A stretch of 8,247 nucleotides of DNA, from the NCBI GenBank assembly GCA_016748015.1, contig JAAOMT010000515.1:468538-476784 (forward strand), written 5' to 3'. This document shows, one piece after another, positions 1-8,247 of the stretch (position 1 is its first letter; every line of letters starts with the position of its first letter). The translations under genes were made by a program, and so were the position numbers. This DNA is from Geosiphon pyriformis uo1 (taxonomy: Eukaryota; Fungi; Glomeromycota). The notes below the pieces were generated by a model, which did not search any database, was not told where the DNA came from, and saw only the letters and a program-made list of their open reading frames with translations.

Positions 1-382
1 TTAAATAACTGTAAATTGCTTAATTAAAAGTTTTTTAAAAACCAAAACAAAAAGGTATCAAATTATTTTTATTTTGAAAATATTTTAAGTAGATTTTAAT
101 ACTTTTTTAGACTTAAATTAATAGTGGGTCTTTTTAATAACAATATATTATTAGTTTACAAAATATTTAAACAGTTTTTGGTTGTCAAAATACCAAGTTT
201 TTGCCATTGCTAATAAATATACAAAATTTTATTAAAGCATTAAAAAACCTTAAAAAAGCTATTACTATTATTTAAAATAATTATAATTTTTAAATAATTG
301 GTAAATATTCCAAAAGATTTTGGTTACTTGGTTTTTTAATTATTACAGATAAAGCTGCTGTTACCAATTATAGAATTAGGAA

Positions 383-790
383 ATAAGTTTGTTTTGTTTT
401 ACCCAAATAATGGATGTTAAGTTCTATGTAGAAATTATTCGTGAATATTTACCTGAGATAAGAGGAATATTAGGGAATAAGTGATGATTTCAACAGGACA
501 ATGACCCAAAGCACACAAGCCGTCTAGCCAAAGCTTTTCTTCAAGAGAATATGCCTGAAGTTATAGCTTGGCCATCTAATAGTCCTGACTTGAATCCCAT
601 TGAAAACTTATGGGCTATTATGAAAAGGAATGTGGAGAAGCGTATGCCCAAAAATCGGGATGAATTAGAGCAGTTTACGAAGGAAGATTGGAGAGATATT
701 CTCTGATCTACTCTAATTGGGTTAGTGGAATCAATGAAACACCGTTGTGAGATGATAATTGCGAATAAGGGGGAAAGAATATCATACTAA
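383..790 (+). pseudogene. Tc1-like transposase fragment with in-frame stops
   Basis: Manual translation: ISLFCFTQIMDVKFYVEIIREYLPEIRGILGNK**FQQDNDPKHTSRLAKAFLQENMPEVIAWPSNSPDLNPIENLWAIMKRNVEKRMPKNRDELEQFTKEDWRDIL*STLIGLVESMKHRCEMIIANKGERISY*. There are 34 residues between the second catalytic D (497-499) and the E of PIEN. Premature TGA codons lie at 482-484, 485-487 and 704-706, with the natural TAA at 788-790. Confidence 0.93.
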
Positions 791-912
791 TTTTTTTTTA
801 ATAAAATTATGTGCTTTTTAGCTTTCTAATGGTATATAATTTATATCTTTTGGTGCATTGGATAAAGCACAGTGATTATTTTTTTCTGTCCAATTTTTTT
901 GGCAACACACTG
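383..912 (+). mobile_element. Tc1-family (Tc1/mariner, DD34E) DNA transposon, 5'-truncated remnant: transposase C-terminal half plus right terminus
   Basis: Frame 2 translation gives the Tc1 motifs FQQDNDPKH and WPSNSPDLNPIENLW. The element ends in ...CACTG (908-912) followed by TA (913-914), the Tc1-type terminus and target dinucleotide. I found no left TIR in the window. The left boundary is approximate. Confidence 0.92.
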
Positions 913-914
913 TA
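886..914 (-). repeat. Right terminal inverted repeat of the Tc1 element plus TA target site
   Basis: The reverse complement reads TA|CAGTGTGTTGCCAAAAAAATTGGACAG, the CAGTG...GCCAAAAA pattern of Tc1-family TIRs. It lies about 100 bp after the transposase stop. The inner boundary cannot be fixed without the left TIR. Confidence 0.8.
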
Positions 915-2316
915 TCAATAAAAAGTATTAGTCATAGAGGGTTTACAAATCAGCGACATAAGTCTTCTTAAAATTAATTAATACTAAATGAAAAAATCAG
1001 CAATTATTTTTTAAGCTTGTAAAATATTTTATTTTAACAGCCAAATAAACCTTCGAAGAATATTCAATCAATCGATGTGGAAATATTGATTGGTAAGATT
1101 TTATACCTTTCTACTTACCTACTTCCTTAAATATAAATAATATTTTCAATCAACTAAATAGAGAATTAATTTAAGATATTTAAGAAAAAGACTTTTCACC
1201 CCGGAAAGTTATTTGATTACAAATCATCACCTAGAAACTTTATATAAAAATTTATTAAAACTATATATGATAATAACATGCACTCTCATCAGTTTTTGAT
1301 AGATTATTAATTTTAAATTAATCATTTAAACATCAAACAACTTATTTTGTCTAAATTTTGAATAATATCTAATTATATAGGTTAATAATTTTTTTATACC
1401 TTTTTACTTTAAAATATAATGTAATTATCAATTTGTTTTTAAAAATGATTTAATCATTTATAATCAAAATTTATTATTGCAATAATTTCTTAATTAAATA
1501 TTTAAAATTAGTATCATGCAATTACCTTTTAGGTACAATCGAAATTTTTTTTCTTTCATATCTCAGAATATAATGTATAAAAATTATTTTGCGTTTATTT
1601 ATAAAATAAAAAATTTCTTCTTTTCGAGTGCAATATTGTAATGAAAATATAAAATTTATTGTTTTAATTAAAGATATTACAAATAACCTTCAAATTTTGA
1701 AAAAATAAAAACTCAAAATTTTGTCAGGATAGAGCAAAAAGTGTTTTCAGTTGCACTTTTTAAATATATATGAATTGTAATTCAAATCAAAAACAAGAGG
1801 AAAATTTTCCATTCGATATCATAAGAAAAAGGAAGCAAAATTAGATATTTTAAATTATTAAAAATTACCTCCATTTAAAAAATAGTATTTAAAAGAAACC
1901 TATTTACTTGTCTCAAAGGTGAGGTTATATTTTGATTGAAAATTTCAATCTTTTAAGATTTACGTATTGAATATTTATTAACTCTATTGTTTTATTTCGA
2001 TGCCCAGTAAAAAACTAAAATACAATCTAAAGTTTATAATCTTAATTAGCGAGTAAAAGCAACTATGCATTTAAACGTTATATTTCTAAGCTATTCAGCT
2101 AAAAGCGTTTTATGGTTCTAGTTCAGAGATTACTTTTTATTAAAATGACATTTAAGTTCTAAACTTTTTTTGATGTTTAAATAATTTAAATGATATTCTT
2201 TAAACTTTATTGTGAAGTTCATAATAATAGGCCATAGAATATTCTAGGAGTGAAAATTAATAAGATTGGTAGTAGAGTCTTCAGAATATGCATAATCAAA
2301 TCAGATATAAGCAAAT

Positions 2317-3669
2317 TTATCTTTTTATAATTTGAAAAACTTCATACTCCTCGAAAAGGAAATTCACTGTTCCTTTTCTGATCGAGGCATTATAGCATGT
2401 TCATAATCTGTTTTCTTTCGACAAAAGCACCCTGGACTATTTTTGAAATCTTCGCTACACACACGAATATCCAAACTAAATTAGGCCCGTTATTTGGCCC
2501 ATCATAAGGTCCATACTTTCCAACAATTTTAAAAGTTTAGAATTTCCAGCTTTGCCATCTCCAAGGGAAAAAATAAAACTTCCTTCTCCATTCATATATT
2601 CGTTTTGGGAATGCCAAGACTGTGGGTTATAGCCGCCAATTAGCTGACCAGTTCTTTTTACTTTTATTACGCTTACTGTTGCTCCTTTATCATCACATAA
2701 TCGATGAAAATCGGCTGGAGTGAATCCGTCTCGACTGCCTCGAAGTAAAAATTGAAAATCATTTCCAAGTTGATTTTCAAAAGGAGTATTTTCATATTTG
2801 CCTTGAATCCAATGATCAAGCTGTTTTATATTATGCGATTGAAGAAGCTTTGAATCAACATTTGATCGTAATGAATGAGCGTCTACAGACTTTTGATGGC
2901 TACCCGGTACGAGATAATGATGTAAAAGATCTTCATATAAAGTTCCAGGTAAGATTCTCGCAAATGGTTTTACTTTGTGATAGAAGTCAACTAAAAATAT
3001 GTTAAAGAACCGGATTAAAGGTAAAAGTCTTTCAATAGATTCCTTAAATGCGTTAAAGTTTTCATCTGTCCAGTAAAGAACGTTCTTCGTCTGAATATTG
3101 TTATCCAATTTAGCAACTCCCCATTCCACAATCTTTTCCCATATTTCAGATTCTTCTATATTTAGGTCATCCCGGGTTAAAATTGAAGAAAGTGCATTTT
3201 CATTAAGGGAGGTAAAATCTTGCGAGTTGAAGACTATTGCTGGATTGTTAGCAGCTATTTCGGTGCAGAAATTTTGTAACTTTTTGAAAGGATCATGCAT
3301 AAATGAAGTTTTCTGCAAAGTGGCGAAATTTTTCTCTAGCTCTTTTGCATGGTGTTCAATCAAATAGTCTTCAAGGGGTTCAATAAAGTTTTCTAGAATA
3401 AGCTCATCAGCGATAACAAGCAATTCTAAAATTGTAGGTACTCCATGTTTATCAAGAGAAATCTCGCCATTATAAATATACCTGTGCAGGAAAATAAAAC
3501 ATATGAATTTATGTTGGCCAAAATACTTTTGAAGCAAACAAAATCCTTAACTGAGAATTATCTCAAAAATATTAGGAGAAATGTTAGGTTTAGCGAAGAT
3601 AATAGTATTATTTTCCCTTTTAATCCAGTTACTAGAGAGTGCTACAGCAAAATAGGGTGATCTTGCTGC
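2317..3669 (-). CDS. BTB/POZ-BACK-TLDc domain protein; 5'-partial, two visible exons (3669-3552 and 3481-2317), frameshifted as assembled (young pseudogene or indel errors)
   Basis: The upstream exon AARSPYFAVALSSNWIKRENNTIIFAKPNISPNIFEIIL and the downstream YIYNGEISL...LLVIADELIL form the BTB domain. LQNFC...DFTSLNENALSSILTRDDLNIEESEIWEKIVEWG...LLPLIRF is BACK-like. FQFLLRGSRDGFTPADFHRLCDDKGATVSVIKV...IGGYNPQSW...SFIFS is TLDc. The C-terminus continues through shifted frames (KIVGKYGPYDGPNNGPN / SLDIRVCSEDFKNSPGCFCRKKTDYEHAIMP / VNFLFEEYEVFQIIKR*) to TAA at 2319-2317. The first 18 and last ~18 residues of the tracked ORF 2476..3537 are not the real protein. Confidence 0.88.
3482..3551 (-). 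other. Spliceosomal intron (70 nt) within the BTB domain
   Basis: The minus strand reads GTTAAG...TTTTATTTTCCTGCACAG, with a pyrimidine tract and a CAG acceptor. It separates FEIIL from YIYNG, which are contiguous apart from one residue in BTB domains. As assembled, the spliced junction is 1 nt short of in-frame. Confidence 0.8.
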
Positions 3670-4311
3670 NNNNNNNNNNNNNNNNNNNNNNNNNNNNNNN
3701 NNNNNNNNNNNNNNNNNNNNNNNNNNNNNNNNNNNNNNNNNNNNNNNNNNNNNNNNNNNNNNNNNNNNNNNNNNNNNNNNNNNNNNNNNNNNNNNNNNNN
3801 NNNNNNNNNNNNNNNNNNNNNNNNNNNNNNNNNNNNNNNNNNNNNNNNNNNNNNNNNNNNNNNNNNNNNNNNNNNNNNNNNNNNNNNNNNNNNNNNNNNN
3901 NNNNNNNNNNNNNNNNNNNNNNNNNNNNNNNNNNNNNNNNNNNNNNNNNNNNNNNNNNNNNNNNNNNNNNNNNNNNNNNNNNNNNNNNNNNNNNNNNNNN
4001 NNNNNNNNNNNNNNNNNNNNNNNNNNNNNNNNNNNNNNNNNNNNNNNNNNNNNNNNNNNNNNNNNNNNNNNNNNNNNNNNNNNNNNNNNNNNNNNNNNNN
4101 NNNNNNNNNNNNNNNNNNNNNNNNNNNNNNNNNNNNNNNNNNNNNNNNNNNNNNNNNNNNNNNNNNNNNNNNNNNNNNNNNNNNNNNNNNNNNNNNNNNN
4201 NNNNNNNNNNNNNNNNNNNNNNNNNNNNNNNNNNNNNNNNNNNNNNNNNNNNNNNNNNNNNNNNNNNNNNNNNNNNNNNNNNNNNNNNNNNNNNNNNNNN
4301 NNNNNNNNNNN
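3670..4311. other. Assembly/scaffold gap (642 N)
   Basis: Run of N. It most likely hides the start of the BTB gene. Confidence 0.99.
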
Positions 4312-5182
4312 AGATTACATACATAAGAGATAAAGATAACACATCGATCAAAGTAATGCTTAATTTTTACACAATGAATAATCCAAATTATATAGTTACA
4401 ATTAATTACAACTAACATAATAGTTAGTTGTCACATTTACAATTCCAATTTTGATAAAAAATAATATAAAAAATCCTTTTTTATGAAGTTATCATCATTC
4501 AATTGTTAATAATAATGCAAACTGAAAACGTTGTAAATATTTTTATTTTATCTTTTCAAAAATTAGATTATATTTATAATAAAAAATGAATTCATTGTAA
4601 AAATTTAATTACATAAGCCCCAATATTCCATTTAACAACACTTAAAGAAATGTTTACCATGATAACTTTCATAGATTTCAACTTTTTAGTAAATTCCCTA
4701 AGATTTGCAAAAAATTTTGTGTATTAGCATTATTTTTTAGTTATATCTTTTTTTTCAATGGTAAATTAATAAACATATACATTAATTTTAGAGATTAGCA
4801 AAATTGTGAATATGTTTTATGTTTCAGCAATATGAGAAACTCACTGTGTTATTTACTTTGCTCTCTTTTACCAGTATTGATGCTTTAAATTTCTTATATT
4901 CAAAGTATGTCAACTATAATGTCTCTAGTGTCTAATATCGAAAAGAGTTAAAATTTAGTCTTTCAGCATTGTATTATCAATATTTTTATTAAGAATATTT
5001 CACAATTCAAAATTTAGGTTTAATATGATTATTATTTTCATTTAAGTTATTTGTTATAAATACAACTTTCCATATACTATAAAAAGTATTAATAATTTAA
5101 TGATTAATTTAATTTCTTAACTTTAATTTTTGTGTTTAAAAAACATTATTATTTGTAAAATTCATCTAAGTAAAAATTATCA

Positions 5183-5284
5183 TATATTTAAATAAAAAAA
5201 TTTTTTATTAAATAAATAAAAACTTTAATGTTTTTATAAAATTCATTGAAAAACTTTTATTTCTAATCTGTTTCTTTAATATAT
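5183..5284 (+). pseudogene. Hypermutated BTB-BACK-TLDc paralogue, fragment A (BACK region, corresponding to NIQTKNVLYWTDENFNAFKESIERLLPLIRFFNI)
   Basis: Aligns codon by codon with the reverse complement of about 2998-3099. Gene: gtt ctt tac tgg aca gat gaa aac ttt aac gca ttt aag gaa tct att gaa aga ctt tta cct tta atc cgg ttc ttt aac ata. Copy: att ttt tat taa ata aat aaa aac ttt aat gtt ttt ata aaa ttc att gaa aaa ctt tta ttt cta atc tgt ttc ttt aat ata. Confidence 0.88.
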
Positions 5285-7027
5285 ATATTTTTTTATTATT
5301 ATTTGACATATAAACCAACTACTAATTAATACAATTCATTAAACTAAGTAATCTAAATTAAATATACTTCATGAATTTTTTACATGTGACCAAATATAAG
5401 ACTAAATTACATTAAATCTATAAAAAAAACCTATTTTAAGAAAACATTTTATGCATAATTACAACCAAAAAATTATTATTAATAATAATATTAGTTAATT
5501 ATTTAACAGTTTAATTTGTATTTAATTTAATATTATCTAGTTGATGCTTCTAGAAAAATAACAATTAAATATAAATATTATTTTTAATAATATTATCAAA
5601 AATTTTTAATATTATTATATTTGGTTTTAACTTAAACTATTTTAATACTAATTTTACTTAAAGTTTTATTAAAAGCAAACATTTTACTTTAAACAATAAT
5701 AATTATATTTTTAATTTTTTTATGCAAAAAAAAGAAACAATTAACAAAGTAATAACCAAAACACTAATTAGTTTAACAATAAACTTAACTATTAAAGCCA
5801 AAACATCTAACTTAAATTCCAAAATAACCAAGCAAAAACCAATTAAAAAGTTAACAATAATAATAATAATAATAATAACAAGAATTAAAAAATTATTAAC
5901 AAAAAAATTTAAATAAGCAGAAATAAAAACTATAATATAGTTTTAATAAAATGGGATTTAAAAATCCTAAAAAAACAACAAAATAAAATGAAAACTTAGA
6001 AAAAAGAAATAGTAATATTTTATAGCTTAAATCGGATAATCAAAATTCTAATACTTAAAGCATTACTAATATTCAGATATTTTTTACTAAATACAAAACT
6101 TTTTAAAATACTAGTTTTGATAACAACAGTATCTAAATTATATTTAAAACTAAAAGTAATAATTGTTTATTAAAGTTACTTGGCAAATTTAAAAAATAAA
6201 AAATAAAACAAATATAAGTACTAATTTAAAAAATCAGTTTGCTGATTTTAAATATTGTTTAATCAGAAGAAAAATTAATCAATTTGGTTTTAAACATATT
6301 ATGAAAAAATATTTCTCTTTAATTTACAAAAATAAAAATTCTAATATTGTTTTTGTTTATTAAAATTAACTAGCATATTAAAGCAAATATAATTATATTA
6401 AGAAAATTAAAATTAACAATAACATATTGTTAAATGCTAACAAACTTTAATATAACTTTAAAAATCTTAATATAAATACCAAAAACTGTTTTAATATTAA
6501 TTATAAATACATCTAAAGCCATATTATACAAAACAACAGCAACAAAAAAACTCAAATATTATCATAAACTTACTTATTTTAAAAATAAAAAAGAAAACAA
6601 ACTTAGCATGTTCAACTTAAAATACAATATCCAAAAAAGCTTAAAAAACAAAATTTATACAAAAAAAGTTTATATTGTTTTTAAACACAAATTTAGCATT
6701 AATAAAATTATATATAAACTAAAATAAAATTTTAATTAAAATTAATTTGATTTTAAAAAAGTATTAAGCACTAAAGTAAAAGTTATCTGTTTAATAAATC
6801 TTTAATAATTAGTAAATATTTCTTAAATATTATTAGAAACAGTATTAAAAAACAAGCAAAAAAGTTTTTATCTAATTAGTTTAATTCTTAAGATTAAATT
6901 TCTTAATAATATAATTAAATAAAAACATATGTGAAAATATATTTTGTTTTGCTTTTAAGACTGGTAAAAATTAGTCTAAAATTAATGTATTAAAAAATAC
7001 AGCCAAATTTAAATTAAGATTAACCAA
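5285..7027. mobile_element. Unclassified, heavily degenerate 1.74-kb insertion interrupting the paralogue
   Basis: Homology to the BTB-TLDc gene stops at 5284 and resumes at the same codon at 7028. AATATAT is present at both junctions (5278-5284 and 7028-7034), as expected for a target-site duplication. I could not recognise a transposase or RT motif inside. Confidence 0.7.
5852..5881 (+). repeat. Trinucleotide microsatellite TAA CAA (TAA)7 CAA
   Basis: Read directly from the sequence: ten YAA units. Confidence 0.9.
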
Positions 7028-7610
7028 AATATATTTTCAATTAATTTTTTTTATAAAGTAAAATTATTTGTAAAAAATTTTATTTAAAACTTTATATAAA
7101 TATTTTTTATATTATTAGATTATATCAAATAGTTATTAAAAGTTTATAAATATTTAGTTAGTATGTTGTTTTTAGTTAAATATATAATATAAAATAGCTT
7201 AACTATTAGATTTAAGACAAAGATAAAAATACTTTTTTTAAAAATTAACTTAAAAATAACTTTCAATCGTTATTTCAAAACAGTTAAGACAAATTTTTTT
7301 AGCCAATTTTTATTAATTATATAATAATAATTATAATTCACAATCTTTGTATTTCTTTTAAAGATAATAGTACTAAAAATACTAAATTTGACAAATTGTT
7401 AAAAGATTTGGATCTTATAATGGGCTAAATTATGAATCTATTTTTGAAAATAGCCATATTCAATTGTTTAGAAAAAATTTTAAAAGTAGTTAAGAGTACT
7501 ATTATCAAAAAACAAAAGATTATAAACATGCTATAATGCTTGAATCAAAAAATTAATGAGTAAATTTATTTGCCAAAAAGTATAAAGTTTTTCAAATTGT
7601 TAAAAGATCA
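7028..7610 (+). pseudogene. Hypermutated BTB-BACK-TLDc paralogue, fragment B (end of BACK region through TLDc C-terminus)
   Basis: Colinear with the reverse complement of 2317-3003. For example, 7183-7293 aligns without gaps to 2835-2725. The copy's gat tat aaa cat gct ata atg and aag tat aaa gtt ttt caa att gtt aaa aga match the gene's gat tat gaa cat gct ata atg and gag tat gaa gtt ttt caa att ata aaa aga. It has many TAA/TAG stops and internal deletions near 7330 and 7355. Confidence 0.93.
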
Positions 7611-8247
7611 AATATAGTTTAATTCAGTTATGTATTTCTAATACTTATACATCCTATTTACAAATTTTGCTGGGAAAAATTTTCTGCCAAAATTTAATAT
7701 TTCCAGTTTATATTATAAGTTTTCAAATATAATAAGATTTACAATAAAAAAGTCTTTTAATATATGATAATAATTTTCATTTTTTGGGCATTTTACTATT
7801 CAACCATTTTATAATATTTAAAAAATAGATTTATTAAAACAAAATTATTAATTTTCTGGTGTGTTGCATCTTGTAGAACAAATTTAAAATTAAAAAAAAT
7901 TAACAGATTCAAACGTTATTACTTTAAATTAAATATAATACAGTATATAATAGTGCCTTATGGTAGATCATTACTGAACTCTATATAGAGGAAGGAAATG
8001 TACTTGTGGTAAATTTAAATAATCAAAATGGAATCTGAATAGATGATTAAACATTTCGAATTGAAATTGAAATTAGAATGCATATTAAGGTGCTGATTTT
8101 ACTACTTTACCAGCCAATACTTTTTAGCTGCTACATTAAAAAAAACAAAATTATAGTTTCTATCAAGATTTTTTATTAAGTCGAACTGAATAAAGGAACT
8201 GCTGTTTTGGTGAAGATTTGTAGCTTTAATTAATTCTTTAAAAATTT

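Noticed and set aside
296-380. Peptide IGKYSKRFWLLGFLIITDKAAV faintly resembling a retroelement RNase H 'TD' motif
   Set aside because: The match is too short and weak, with no supporting upstream motifs.
2476-2516. A 41-nt GTATGG...CTAATTTAG intron to explain the TLDc frameshifts
   Set aside because: It is very short, removes the conserved GP-x-F region and does not restore the frame to EEYEVF; the paralogue reads through this stretch as coding-like sequence.
2526-2536. Programmed -1 ribosomal frameshift at T TTA AAA
   Set aside because: Two more shifts would still be needed, the heptamer is absent from the paralogue, and such motifs arise trivially at homopolymer deletions.
3482-3537. ATG at 3537 as the start of the 353-aa protein
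   Set aside because: It lies inside the intron; BTB homology continues in the exon at 3552-3669 and into the gap.
3098-3660. Plus-strand ORFs 3098..3367 and 3445..3660
   Set aside because: They are antisense shadows of the BTB-BACK exons and have no recognisable motif.
3632-4418. Three long ORFs (3632..4351, 3639..4415, 3642..4418)
   Set aside because: They are artefacts of translating through the N gap.
5722-5916. 64-aa K/I/T-rich ORF
   Set aside because: It is a low-complexity product of G-depleted sequence, and the poly-Ile is the microsatellite read in the ATA frame.
7662-7695. Imperfect palindrome aaattttg-ctgg-gaaaa-a-ttttc-tgc-caaaattt
   Set aside because: It is short, AT-rich and single-copy here, with no support for a MITE or structural RNA.
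7850-8247. Slightly GC-richer end region with TACAGT at about 7939 and short open frames
   Set aside because: I found no recognisable protein motif, partner TIR or consistent exon structure within the window.
1-8247. Prokaryotic systems (CRISPR array, operon, tRNA/rRNA)
   Set aside because: There are no regularly spaced repeats or RNA gene signatures; the intron, Tc1 element and low gene density indicate a eukaryotic nuclear locus.

Overview
Very AT-rich eukaryotic DNA with a 642-N scaffold gap (3670-4311). The BTB-BACK-TLDc gene type, short GT-AG intron and composition suggest an arbuscular mycorrhizal fungus (Glomeromycotina); this is inference. The window holds: (1) the 3' end of a Tc1-family DD34E transposon with its right TIR and TA (about 383-914); (2) a minus-strand BTB/POZ-BACK-TLDc gene (2317-3669, 5' end in the gap) with one intron and four apparent 1-nt deletions; (3) a plus-strand paralogue of that gene, invisible to the ORF track (about 5183-5284 and 7028-7610). 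The paralogue has been eroded by dense C>T/G>A transitions on both strands and split by a 1.74-kb insertion flanked by an AATATAT direct repeat. The most interesting signal is this RIP-like, copy-asymmetric hypermutation, which can be read base by base because the near-intact paralogue lies in the same window.
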